64,000 nt of DNA from Minisyncoccota bacterium. GTDB taxonomy: Bacteria; Patescibacteriota; Minisyncoccia; Phycocordibacterales; UBA9973. Under the pieces are notes generated by a model. That model did not search any database. It was not told the origin of the DNA and saw nothing but the letters and a program-made list of their open reading frames with translations. Positions 27,043-36,269 of this stretch are shown here, piece by piece. The stretch's first letter is position 1; the number at the start of each line of letters is the position of its first letter. The stretch is from positions 48,248 to 112,247 of the forward strand of contig DASTLQ010000004.1 in NCBI GenBank assembly GCA_035714785.1, given 5' to 3'. The position numbers and the translations under genes are program-made.

Positions 27043-27147
27043 ATGGCAGTAAAAAAAGCTAAGAAGGCTGCAAAGAAAGTTGCAAAGAAGCCTGCAAAGA
27101 GAGTAGCAAAGAAGAGCGCAAAGAAGAGCACAAAGAAGCGAGCGTAG
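27043..27147 (+). CDS. 34-aa Lys/Ala-rich basic mini-protein (histone H1-tail / AKKA-repeat-like)
   Basis: ATG at 27043 to TAG at 27145-27147 encodes MAVKKAKKAAKKVAKKPAKRVAKKSAKKSTKKRA. It is absent from the ORF track because it is under 60 aa. The antisense 70-aa ORF is low complexity. Confidence 0.4.
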   Translation: MAVKKAKKAAKKVAKKPAKRVAKKSAKKSTKKRA

Positions 27148-27237
27148 TCTTTTGTCTCTTGAAGAACTTCCGAATCCTATCTGCCCTTGGGCGGATGACG
27201 GGTCGGAAGTTTTTCGTTTTTATGCTAGAATCGGAGG

Positions 27238-29718
27238 ATGGGAATTTTATCAGGATTATTTGGAGATTCAAGCGCCCAGTACATTAAAGGGGCAAGCAAG
27301 GCAGTGGCAAAGATAAATGCCATGGAGGGCGATTTTACGGGCCTGGCTGATGCTGATTTTCCAAAAAAGACATTAGAATATAAAGAAAGGTTGGCAAAAG
27401 GGGAGAAGATTGAGGATCTTCTGCTGGAAGCTTTTGCCTTGGTGCGGGAGGCGGCGAAGAGAAACCTAGGAGAAAGACATTATGATGTTCAGCTGATCGG
27501 AGGTATTACTTTAAATAGTGGACAAATTGCCGAAATGAAAACCGGAGAAGGAAAGACCTTGGTGGCTACTCTTCCAGCCTACCTAAATGCTCTCACTGGC
27601 AAAGGAGTGCATGTGGTCACCGTAAACGACTACCTTGCTCGCAGAGACGCTGTGCTTATGGGTCAGGTTTATAATTTTTTGGGTTTGTCTGTGGGAATAA
27701 TTAATTCACAGAACGTTTCTTATTTATACGATCCAAGGCATACCGAAGAAGATAAAGAACGTGATGCGGTAGGAGAGTTTAAAATAATTTATGATTTTCT
27801 AAAACCATGCACTCGAAAAGAAGCATATGCTGCAGACATTACTTATGGTACAAACCATGAATACGGTTTCGACTATTTGCGAGACAATCTCGCCACCTCT
27901 GTCGATCAGATGGTTCAGCGCGGACATCACTATGCTATTGTCGACGAAGTTGACTCTATTCTCATTGACGAAGCGCGAACTCCGCTTATCATTTCTTCAC
28001 CATCTTCCGAATCTGAAGATTTTTATGTAAAGTTTTATCAAATCGCTCGGCAACTAAAGAAAGAAGATGATTACAAGGTGGATGAAAAGCTGAAAGCCAT
28101 CACTCTCACTGACGAAGGAATCACTAAGGCAGAAAATTTGCTTGGGGTAGACAATATATATACGGAAAAGGGAATAAAATACGTGCACCATTTGGAGACA
28201 GCCGTAAAAGCCCAGGCTCTTTTTGAACGAGACAAGGATTACGTTGTAAAAGAAGGGGAGGTAATCATCGTGGACCCATTTACTGGGCGTCTACAGCCGG
28301 GTAGACGATGGTCAGAGGGAATTCACCAAGCTATTGAAGCCAAAGAAGGGGTAAAGATTGAAAAAGAGAGTCGTTCTTCGGGTACTATTACTTTCCAAAA
28401 CTATTTCCGTTTTTATGAAAAGCTATCCGGAATGACTGGTACAGCCGCTACTTCTGCTGAAGAATTTTTGAAAGTGTACGGACTTGATGTGGTGGTGATT
28501 CCTACTCATCGTCCGATGGTGCGTCTCGATCATCCAGATCTCATATATCAAAGTGAAAAAGGAAAGTTTCAGGCTATCGCCAAAAAAGTGAAAGACCTAA
28601 ATACAAAAGGTCAGCCTGTTTTGATTGGTACTATTTCTATTGAAAAAAATGAATTGCTCTCTGCATATCTACGCCAAGAAGGAGTTGAGCATACTATTTT
28701 GAACGCCAAGAATCATGAGCGTGAGGGTGAAATCATCGCTCAAGCAGGTAGAAAAGGAGGAGTAACTATTGCCACCAACATGGCCGGTCGCGGAATCGAC
28801 ATCAAGCTCGGAGGAAATCCTTATACTGAAGAAAGCCATGAAGATGTAAAATCCCTTGGTGGACTTTTTGTGTTGGGTACTGAGCGCCATGAAGCAAGAC
28901 GTATCGACAATCAGCTTCGAGGACGAGCAGGCCGTCAGGGAGATCCAGGAGAAACTCAGTTTTTTGTTTCGCTTGAAGATGATCTGATGCGAGTCTTCGG
29001 GTCAGAAAGAATTCAGACCATGATGGGACGTTTTGGAATTCCAGAAGACGTGCCAATTGAAAATCGTTTTGTTGGAAAACAGCTCGAAGGAGCTCAGAAA
29101 AAAATCGAAGGTTTCCATTTTGATGCCAGAAAACATACTCTTGAATATGACGACGTGATGAATCATCAGCGTGGAGTGATATATGAACGCCGTCGAAAGA
29201 TGCTTTTGGCAGAAAAAGAGGGAATTGAAGAAGTACTGAATGATATTTGCGAAGGCAGAGAAGGTGCTGAAGAAATGGTTGCTGATAAAAGAGAAAAGAT
29301 TGGTGACAAGGCTCTTCTTGAAACTGTTCGACGTATTGCACTGTATACTACAGACAATCTTTGGATGGAACACTTGGAACAGATGGACTACTTGAGGTCT
29401 TCAGTAAATTTGCGAGCATATGGTCAGCGAGAACCAATCGTGGAGTATAAAAAAGAAGGTCTGCGAATGTTTAGAGAAATGGAAGAAGCATTCAGAGAGC
29501 AGGCAATTTCTCTGATAGGGAATATAAATACTGAAAATGTCCGCAATCTAGAACCCGAGAAGCCGGTAATTCAGACTTTGGTTTTAGGGCAAGCTTCTCC
29601 AGATTCTGTGCCAGAAAATACTGTCTCTACTGCTCAAAATGATGAAAATAAAGTAGGCAGAAATGATCCTTGTCCATGTGGGTCAGGTAAAAAATATAAA
29701 AAATGCCACGGGGCTTAA
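27238..29718 (+). CDS. secA: preprotein translocase ATPase SecA
   Basis: Walker A MKTGEGKT, DEAD-like DEVDSILIDEARTPLIIS, helical scaffold and wing domains, and a C-terminal zinc finger CPCGSGKKYKKCHG. Confidence 0.95.
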   Translation: MGILSGLFGDSSAQYIKGASKAVAKINAMEGDFTGLADADFPKKTLEYKERLAKGEKIEDLLLEAFALVREAAKRNLGERHYDVQLIGGITLNSGQIAEMKTGEGKTLVATLPAYLNALTGKGVHVVTVNDYLARRDAVLMGQVYNFLGLSVGIINSQNVSYLYDPRHTEEDKERDAVGEFKIIYDFLKPCTRKEAYAADITYGTNHEYGFDYLRDNLATSVDQMVQRGHHYAIVDEVDSILIDEARTPLIISSPSSESEDFYVKFYQIARQLKKEDDYKVDEKLKAITLTDEGITKAENLLGVDNIYTEKGIKYVHHLETAVKAQALFERDKDYVVKEGEVIIVDPFTGRLQPGRRWSEGIHQAIEAKEGVKIEKESRSSGTITFQNYFRFYEKLSGMTGTAATSAEEFLKVYGLDVVVIPTHRPMVRLDHPDLIYQSEKGKFQAIAKKVKDLNTKGQPVLIGTISIEKNELLSAYLRQEGVEHTILNAKNHEREGEIIAQAGRKGGVTIATNMAGRGIDIKLGGNPYTEESHEDVKSLGGLFVLGTERHEARRIDNQLRGRAGRQGDPGETQFFVSLEDDLMRVFGSERIQTMMGRFGIPEDVPIENRFVGKQLEGAQKKIEGFHFDARKHTLEYDDVMNHQRGVIYERRRKMLLAEKEGIEEVLNDICEGREGAEEMVADKREKIGDKALLETVRRIALYTTDNLWMEHLEQMDYLRSSVNLRAYGQREPIVEYKKEGLRMFREMEEAFREQAISLIGNINTENVRNLEPEKPVIQTLVLGQASPDSVPENTVSTAQNDENKVGRNDPCPCGSGKKYKKCHGA

Positions 29719-29739
29719 TGGGTGATATAATAACCATAT

Positions 29740-30477
29740 ATGTCGCAACATTCTTATTACATCGCTAAAAATCATGATCTAGTCCTTGATAATCAAGGCA
29801 AACGTTATCATCTTTCCATAAAGGATCTTCCAAAGGAAGAAATGCCTCGAGAAAAGCTCCTAAAGCATGGGCTTTCTGCGCTGTCTGTTCCTGAGCTTCT
29901 GGCTTTAGTTTTAGGCACGGGTACTGTCAAAGAAGATGTCCTTGAAATGTCTTCTCGGATAATTCGAAATTACGGAGAGGGCAGTATCATGTTTGAAAAA
30001 GATCCAAAAGCGTTAGCCGAAAATTTTGATGTACCTATCGGGAAAGCTAGTCAGATCGTGGCATGTGCAGAGCTAGGCCGAAGATTTTTCCAAAAAAATG
30101 AATCTTCGCTTCCAGTCGTACGTACTGCTCGAGAAGTATATGAGTATGTAAAAGACATGCACAACCTTTCCAAGGAAAATCTTCGCGGAATATATCTTAA
30201 TGCTCACTACAAAGTCATTCACGATGAAGTAATTTCAATCGGAACAGTAGATGGAAGTATCATTCATCCGAGAGAAGTTTTCAAGCCAGCCATTGAGCGA
30301 TCGGCGGTAGCTCTCATTTTGGTGCACAATCATCCATCGGGAGTGACCGAGCCATCTGAGGCAGATATCGCTGTGACCAAGCAATTAATTGAAGCTGGAA
30401 AAGTGCTTGGAGTAGATTTGATCGACCATGTGATTGTCACCCGAGATTCTTTTGTCAGCATTCCCGCAGACTATTAA
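29740..30477 (+). CDS. radC: RadC-like JAB/MPN domain protein (UPF0758)
   Basis: N-terminal HhH region (LLALVLGTG) and a JAMM motif HNHPSG...SEAD. Confidence 0.8.
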   Translation: MSQHSYYIAKNHDLVLDNQGKRYHLSIKDLPKEEMPREKLLKHGLSALSVPELLALVLGTGTVKEDVLEMSSRIIRNYGEGSIMFEKDPKALAENFDVPIGKASQIVACAELGRRFFQKNESSLPVVRTAREVYEYVKDMHNLSKENLRGIYLNAHYKVIHDEVISIGTVDGSIIHPREVFKPAIERSAVALILVHNHPSGVTEPSEADIAVTKQLIEAGKVLGVDLIDHVIVTRDSFVSIPADY

Positions 30478-30482
30478 ATTTT

Positions 30483-30758
30483 ATGATTTATTCTCCTTAT
30501 ACAATCCGCTTACCGAGATACTGGATGGTGGAAGACAAACCGGAGAAAAAATATTCTCGATCTTTACCAGAGGCTCGAGAAAATCTGCTTTTTCATATTT
30601 CAAGTGACGACTATTTTGGGACTCTTGCCACTTCGCTGAATTTGCTTAAACAATCCCTAGAGGATGGCAGAAACTTTGAAATAGGAAAAAAGTCTCTGGC
30701 TCACAGCGTGGATGACCTTATGTACCTGCAGAGAAATTACAAAATAACTAAAAAATAA
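30483..30758 (+). CDS. hypothetical protein
   Basis: 91-aa ORF with no recognised motif. Confidence 0.3.
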   Translation: MIYSPYTIRLPRYWMVEDKPEKKYSRSLPEARENLLFHISSDDYFGTLATSLNLLKQSLEDGRNFEIGKKSLAHSVDDLMYLQRNYKITKK

Positions 30759-30762
30759 CAGA

Positions 30763-30957
30763 ATGGAAATAGGAGAATATAAGCATTTTAAAGGAGGAAT
30801 ATATGCAGTGACAGGGGTTGCCAAGTTTTCCGAAGATCCCGAAAAGGAGTTCGTCATTTACGAGCATGATGGTGTTCTCTGGGCGCGTCCCAAAGAAATG
30901 TTTTTAGAAGATGTAGTGGTCGATGGGAAAAAAGTGCCGAGATTTAAAAAGATATAA
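30763..30957 (+). CDS. DUF1653-like small protein
   Basis: YKHFKGGIYAV...EKEFVIYEH matches the DUF1653 pattern (Y.HYKG..Y). Confidence 0.45.
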   Translation: MEIGEYKHFKGGIYAVTGVAKFSEDPEKEFVIYEHDGVLWARPKEMFLEDVVVDGKKVPRFKKI

Positions 30958-31306
30958 TTATATGATGGAAGGAAAAGGGGAATTCACATATCGAGAAAAA
31001 AAAGAGATAAGAGAAACTCTGACAAAGGCACTTTCCAATTTTATTATTCTTTTTGAGAACGCTGTTGATAATTACGGGCTCGATAAAATTGAAATACAAA
31101 AGGCCGTAGAACAGTTAAATATGAAAGAAATGACGAAGCAATTATATGCAAAAGGTAATAGGAAAGAAGAGGTTTCTCAGATTGCTGAAGAATATAATGC
31201 GCTGGTGAAAAGGATTTTATCTAATGAGTTTAATGCCTTGGCGGAAAACGTGCAGGAGATAAGAAAAAAATTGAGAGAGCTGTTTCTAGAGGCGAAAAAA
31301 TTATAA
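30923..31306 (+). CDS. hypothetical coiled-coil protein
   Basis: Charged, helical 127-aa ORF. The start is uncertain (Met-rich N-terminus). Confidence 0.3.
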   Translation: MGKKCRDLKRYNYMMEGKGEFTYREKKEIRETLTKALSNFIILFENAVDNYGLDKIEIQKAVEQLNMKEMTKQLYAKGNRKEEVSQIAEEYNALVKRILSNEFNALAENVQEIRKKLRELFLEAKKL

Positions 31307-32559
31307 TGCTTCTTAAAAAACTGAAAATTAAACGCAGGATGATCACCTGGCTGTCTGCTATGCATTTTTTTGGTAATCCTTCGGCAAAGATGAAAATAGT
31401 GGGAGTGACTGGTACCAATGGAAAGACCACCACCACTACGCTGTTGTACGATGTGGCTATGGCACTCGGACATAAATCTGGACTAATCGGGACGGTAGAA
31501 AATAGGATAGGAGAGGAAAGACTACCAGCTACTCATACTACGCCTGATCCACTAAACTTAAATAAATTGTTGAAAAAGATGGCGGAAGCTGGGTGTGAGT
31601 ACGTCTTTATGGAAGTTTCTTCCCATGCACTTGATCAGAAGCGTACGGCGGGGGTAGCTTTTGCTGGCGCGGTTTTTACCAATCTGACTCATGATCATTT
31701 AGACTATCATCAAAATGTTGAAAATTATTTTAATGCAAAGAAGAAATTGTTTAAATATCTCCCTGCTACTTCTTTTGCCATTTCGAATGTGGATGATCCA
31801 TACGGAGAGAAAATACTAGAAGGAATTTCTGGCCGAAAGTTTTCATATGGTTTTGATAAAAAGGCAGATTATTATGGAAAGATAGACAGTCTAAATTTTT
31901 CTGGCCTTCAGCTTGAAATAAATAGCACCCCAATCACATCAAAGTTGATTGGAAAATTTAATGCGTATAATATTTTAGCGGTTTGGAGCGTTTGCAATTT
32001 ACTTGGTTTTGATATGAAAAAAGTGGCGGAAATATTTAAAGGTATAAAGCCACCAAACGGAAGATTTGAACATTTTGTTTCTCCGACCGGAGCGCTCGTG
32101 ATCATAGACTACGCTCATACTCCAGATGCCCTTCTAAAAGTACTTCTAACCGCCAACGAAATTAAGTGTAAGGGGTCCCCTTGCATGTTATCCACAGGTG
32201 CACCGAGGTTGATTTCCCTCGCTGGATGTGGTGGGGACAGAGATCCAATGAAGCGGGAAAAGATGGGGCGAATAGCAGCCGAGCTTTCAGATATTTCGAT
32301 ATTTACTTCTGATAATCCTCGAAACGAAGACCCGTCGAAAATCATTGAAGAAATGAAAACAAGCCTGACGCCCGACCTTTTGGAAAAAGTAAAGACAATT
32401 CCTGATCGTAGGGAAGCTATTATAAAAAGTGTCCGAATTGCCAAAGAAGGGGATATCATTCTCTGCGCTGGAAAGGGGCACGAAGATTATCAAGAGATAG
32501 AAGGCGTCAAGCACCACTTTAATGACCTAGAGGAATACAAAAAAGCATATGAAAAATAA
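31306..32559 (+). CDS. murE: UDP-N-acetylmuramoyl-tripeptide synthetase MurE-like Mur ligase (short N-terminus, repeat insertion)
   Basis: P-loop GVTGTNGKTTTT, HTTPD, DYAHTPDAL, GCGGDRD and SDNPRNEDP are MurE hallmarks. Only ~28 aa precede the P-loop. A 33-nt repeat copy is inserted in-frame between DALLKVL... and ...ISLAGCGGDRD. Confidence 0.75.
   Translation: MLLKKLKIKRRMITWLSAMHFFGNPSAKMKIVGVTGTNGKTTTTTLLYDVAMALGHKSGLIGTVENRIGEERLPATHTTPDPLNLNKLLKKMAEAGCEYVFMEVSSHALDQKRTAGVAFAGAVFTNLTHDHLDYHQNVENYFNAKKKLFKYLPATSFAISNVDDPYGEKILEGISGRKFSYGFDKKADYYGKIDSLNFSGLQLEINSTPITSKLIGKFNAYNILAVWSVCNLLGFDMKKVAEIFKGIKPPNGRFEHFVSPTGALVIIDYAHTPDALLKVLLTANEIKCKGSPCMLSTGAPRLISLAGCGGDRDPMKREKMGRIAAELSDISIFTSDNPRNEDPSKIIEEMKTSLTPDLLEKVKTIPDRREAIIKSVRIAKEGDIILCAGKGHEDYQEIEGVKHHFNDLEEYKKAYEK
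32166..32198. repeat. repeat copy R6 inside the murE coding sequence (in-frame, 33 nt)
   Basis: GTGTAAGGGGTCCCCTTGCATGTTATCCACAGG is translated as CKGSPCMLSTG within MurE. Confidence 0.85.
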
Positions 32560-33904
32560 ATCTACCCAAAAAAATAATTTCCGACAATTTTTCGCAGGAA
32601 AAAAGATCACCGTGATGGGGCTAGGAATTTTGGGCCGTGGTTTAGGGTATACAAAATTTATGGCCGAATGTGGAGCCGATTTGATAGTGACCGATTTAAA
32701 GACAAAAAAAGAACTCGCCAGCTCTATAAAGGAGCTTGGAAAATTTAAGAATATCCAATTTGTACTTGGCGAACACCGCCTAGAAGACTTTCGCAATCGG
32801 GACATGATTTTGAAAGCTGCGGGAGTGCCAATGAATTCTCCTTTTATAGAAGAGGCTCGCCAAAATAGCATTCCGATAGAGATGGATGTTTCTTTTTTTG
32901 CTAAACTTTCTCCGAGCACAATACTGGTCGGAGTGACAGGCACTCGCGGAAAATCTATGACCACTGCGTTAATTTATGAGATTTTAAGAAAGAACGAAAA
33001 GGTTTTGAAAGGAAAAGTATATCTTGGGGGAAACATGCGGGGAATAGCGACTCTTCCTCTTCTTAGGAAAACGAGCCTTGCCCTTGGAAAGACAATAGTA
33101 GTCTGCGAGCTAGATTCATGGCAGTTGCAAGGATTTGGTGATGCTAAAATTTCTCCGCAAGTTTCAGTTTTTACATCTTTTATGCCCGACCATATGAATT
33201 ACTACAAGGATGATTTGAAAAAATATTTTAATGATAAAGCAAATATTTTTAAGTATCAAAAGAAAGGGGACTTGCTTGTGGTGCGCCCTCTTGTGCGCAA
33301 ACTCATTCCGAAAAATTTGAAAAGTACCCTTTTAGTGGTAGACCCGAAGACAGCTCAAAAGTATGAGTTTGTCGTTCCGGGCACTCATCAACGTGAAAAT
33401 CTCGCTTGCGCCATAGAAGTTGCAAAATATTTTAAAATTCCTAAAACTAATATCGAAAAGGCCGTTAAAAATTTTAAAGGTCTAGAAGGACGGATGCAAT
33501 ATCTGCTAAAGATAAATGGAGTAAAGATTTACAACGATAACAACGCTACTACTCCGGAGGCTACAATTGCGGGAATTGAGGCGCTAGTTAATGAAAAGAT
33601 AATTTTAATTTCAGGAGGCTCAGACAAAGGGCTAGACACAAAAAAATTAGTGGGAATGATGGAGAAGAACTGCAAGAAGGTGATACTTTTGACAGGAACG
33701 GGCACGGCTAAGCTGCCTTTAATTTCTAATTCCATAAAAGTGAAGTCACTTAATGAGGCCGTCCGCACCGCACTTAAAGAGGCAAAAAAGGGAGATATCA
33801 TTTTATTTAGCCCTGCTTTTGCTTCCTTTGGCCCACCGCCAGGAGGATTCAAGAATGAATATGATCGCGGGGATCAATTTATAGATATAGTGAAAAGAAT
33901 ATAA
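32549..33904 (+). CDS. murD: UDP-N-acetylmuramoylalanine--D-glutamate ligase
   Basis: N-terminal Rossmann motif ITVMGLGILGRGLG. P-loop GVTGTRGKSMTT, DSWQL, and C-terminal domain. Confidence 0.85.
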   Translation: MKNKSTQKNNFRQFFAGKKITVMGLGILGRGLGYTKFMAECGADLIVTDLKTKKELASSIKELGKFKNIQFVLGEHRLEDFRNRDMILKAAGVPMNSPFIEEARQNSIPIEMDVSFFAKLSPSTILVGVTGTRGKSMTTALIYEILRKNEKVLKGKVYLGGNMRGIATLPLLRKTSLALGKTIVVCELDSWQLQGFGDAKISPQVSVFTSFMPDHMNYYKDDLKKYFNDKANIFKYQKKGDLLVVRPLVRKLIPKNLKSTLLVVDPKTAQKYEFVVPGTHQRENLACAIEVAKYFKIPKTNIEKAVKNFKGLEGRMQYLLKINGVKIYNDNNATTPEATIAGIEALVNEKIILISGGSDKGLDTKKLVGMMEKNCKKVILLTGTGTAKLPLISNSIKVKSLNEAVRTALKEAKKGDIILFSPAFASFGPPPGGFKNEYDRGDQFIDIVKRI

Positions 33905-35145
33905 TGAGCACTAATTTAGACTTATCACAAATTAAGAAAATATTTTTCATCGGTATCGGTGGAATAGGTATTTCTGCTTTAGCCAAGATGGCGCTCTCTC
34001 GCGGGATAGAAGTGTCTGGAGTAAATGACGAAGAAACAGAGAAGACGCTGAGTTCATTAGTAGGAGATGGCGCAGAGGTGGTTATGTTGAAAGATTACCA
34101 GTCTTTGCCCGAGGCGGATATGTATGTTTATAGTGATGCTTGGATTCATCGCGGACCCGAGATAATAGATTCGGCTAAAAAAACGGGGAAGCCAACCCTT
34201 TCATATTTTGAAGCACTTGGAAAGTTTGCCGAGGAATATAAAGTGATAGCCATTTCAGGTACGCATGGAAAGACTTCCACCACGGCTATGGTGGCGGAGA
34301 TATTGATAGATGCTCAAATGGATCCGACGGTAGTAGTAGGATCTTTTGTAAAAAAATTTGGAAGCAATTTTAGAAAAGGGGAGAGCTCGTATCTAGTAGT
34401 AGAAGCCGACGAATATAATCGACATTTTTTAAATTTTAATCCGTTTATCGGAGTGGTCACCAATATTGAAGCTGATCACCTCGATTGTTACAAAGATCTT
34501 GCAGATATAAAAAAAGCTTTCGAGCAATTTTTGGCGCAAAGCCAAAACGTAATTGTAGATTTTGAAAAGTATCTAGAAAAAGTGCCAAAGCTCGCCGTGC
34601 CAGGTGAACACAATCGTCAAAATGCTGCTACCGCACTAGCGGTAGCGGATTTGTTGGGTGTGGATCTAGGGTCTGCCAAAAGATCGCTCTCAAATTTTGC
34701 GGGAACATGGAGACGTCTAGAGAAGATTAGAGAAACTAGCGAAGGGGTAATTGTGTATGATGATTATGCACATCATCCCACTGAAATCAAAGCGAGCCTT
34801 CAAGCACTGCGCGAACTTTACCCCTTAGGGCAAAAGAAAATCACAGTCGTTTTTCAACCTCATCTATATAGTCGGACAAAAGCCTTGTTTGATGATTTTG
34901 CGACCAGCTTCAAAGGCGCCGACAGGGTAATATTACTTCCTATATACTTTGCTAGAGAAAATCCGGACGAAAGCATTTCTTGTGGTAAGCTTGCAGAAGC
35001 AATATGTGCTACTGGGCAGTCTGCGATCGCATTTACTGATTTTGAACTGACTGAGAACTATTTGAAAGACTTAGAATTTGGACCCGATGACATTTTTGTC
35101 ACCATGGGGGCAGGGGAAGCCTACAAAGTAGCTGAAATTCTGTAA
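33904..35145 (+). CDS. murC: UDP-N-acetylmuramate--L-alanine ligase
   Basis: IFFIGIGGIGISALAKMA (the MurC N-terminal GIGG), P-loop AISGTHGKTSTT, and DYAHHPTEI. Confidence 0.85.
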   Translation: MSTNLDLSQIKKIFFIGIGGIGISALAKMALSRGIEVSGVNDEETEKTLSSLVGDGAEVVMLKDYQSLPEADMYVYSDAWIHRGPEIIDSAKKTGKPTLSYFEALGKFAEEYKVIAISGTHGKTSTTAMVAEILIDAQMDPTVVVGSFVKKFGSNFRKGESSYLVVEADEYNRHFLNFNPFIGVVTNIEADHLDCYKDLADIKKAFEQFLAQSQNVIVDFEKYLEKVPKLAVPGEHNRQNAATALAVADLLGVDLGSAKRSLSNFAGTWRRLEKIRETSEGVIVYDDYAHHPTEIKASLQALRELYPLGQKKITVVFQPHLYSRTKALFDDFATSFKGADRVILLPIYFARENPDESISCGKLAEAICATGQSAIAFTDFELTENYLKDLEFGPDDIFVTMGAGEAYKVAEIL

Positions 35146-35171
35146 AATAGGCGACAAAAAAAAGAAAAAGA

Positions 35172-35239
35172 CCTGTGGATAACATGCAAGGGGACCCCTT
35201 ACATGTTATCCACAGGGTAAGGGGTCCCCTTGCATGCAG
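35172..35239. repeat. composite palindromic repeat copy R7
   Basis: Reads CCTGTGGATAACATGCAAGGGGACCCCTTACATGTTATCCACAGGGTAAGGGGTCCCCTTGCATGCAG, immediately after the murC stop. Confidence 0.85.
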
Positions 35240-35503
35240 AATTAGGCTATTTATGGCTAATTTTGTCAAACTCATATCGGCAATATAGCCTTATTTTACA
35301 ACGTATAATGGATTTGACATACCCTAAAAAAGTGGTTTAACTATTGACTTTTGTTTACAGGTATGCTACCATATAAGCATGTCCTTACTTATAGGCGCAA
35401 GCCTAATAGATAAGGGCTTTTTCAGTAGAAGCTGAATATCCAATCTACTCAGGTGGAATTGGAATACGGAAAGGAAAGTTTGGCGGAGCTTAACCGCCAA
35501 CGT

Positions 35504-36136
35504 ATGTATAAAAACAAAACAATACGGTTTGTGCATTCCCTGATGATATTGCCATTGTTAACAGGCGCTACGCCTATAACGGCAAACATCCCTAACGGTA
35601 ATCCGGGAAACGCCGAAATCGTATTAATACAAAAACAAAATATCGAAGCACTTGGGTCTATGTCTATTAACCAGGCGGACGACCTAAAGGCCAAGACTAT
35701 AGAATTGCGAGCCGAAGCCATTGATGCTTATTTCAAAGCATATGACATGCCACTTGCTGGTACTGGACGCAAAATGGTGGAAGAAGCCGAAAAGAACGGT
35801 ATTGACTGGAGACTTCTACCCGCTATTGCAGTACGAGAATCTACTGGTGGAAAGTTTGCATGTAAAAAGGCAACCTATAGTGCCTTTGGATGGGGATCAT
35901 GTAAGATCAACTTTGAATCTCACGAACGTGCCATTGAAATAGTGGCTATGAACTTGGGAGGAAACAATCCAAACACTGCAAGATACTATAAAGGAAAAGA
36001 TACTCGCGAGATTTTGCTTGCTTACAATCCTCCTTCTATTATTCCAAGATACGTTCCGCAGGTGATAAATATCATGGATAAGATTGGGAAGAAAGATCTA
36101 GAAGCAACCGCACATCTAGCGTTTCAGCAGATCTAA
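35504..36136 (+). CDS. secreted hypothetical protein (weak lytic-transglycosylase/cell-wall-hydrolase-like segment)
   Basis: Start taken at the Met before the TM/signal helix. GIDWRLLPAIAVRESTGG resembles an SLT-domain active-site region. Confidence 0.35.
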   Translation: MYKNKTIRFVHSLMILPLLTGATPITANIPNGNPGNAEIVLIQKQNIEALGSMSINQADDLKAKTIELRAEAIDAYFKAYDMPLAGTGRKMVEEAEKNGIDWRLLPAIAVRESTGGKFACKKATYSAFGWGSCKINFESHERAIEIVAMNLGGNNPNTARYYKGKDTREILLAYNPPSIIPRYVPQVINIMDKIGKKDLEATAHLAFQQI

Positions 36137-36159
36137 AGTCTAAAGATTTAACATTTGAA

Positions 36160-36268
36160 AAAACAGGTAAGGGGATGACCCTTACCTGTTTTGCGTGTAA
36201 GGGGACCCCTTACCCTGTGGATAACATGCAAGGGGACCCCTTACCCCAAGGTGGGCCCTTTCCTTACA
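36160..36268. repeat. composite palindromic repeat copy R8 (includes an A-tract/hairpin/T-tract bidirectional-terminator-like unit)
   Basis: Reads AAAAAACAGGTAAGGGGATGACCCTTACCTGTTTTGCGTGTAAGGGGACCCCTTACCCTGTGGATAACATGCAAGGGGACCCCTTACCCCAAGGTGGGCCC, between convergent genes. Confidence 0.85.
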
Positions 36269-36269
36269 C

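Noticed and set aside
27059-27271. Minus-strand 70-aa ORF (SLQASLQLSLQPS...)
   Set aside because: Low-complexity antisense of the Lys/Ala-rich plus-strand mini-ORF. The plus-strand reading is favoured, though neither is proven.
35360-35430. Possible promoter/terminator signals between murC and the next gene (TTGACT...TACCAT; AAGCC...GGCTTTTT)
   Set aside because: The -10 is weak and the hairpin is only 5 bp, too ambiguous to call.
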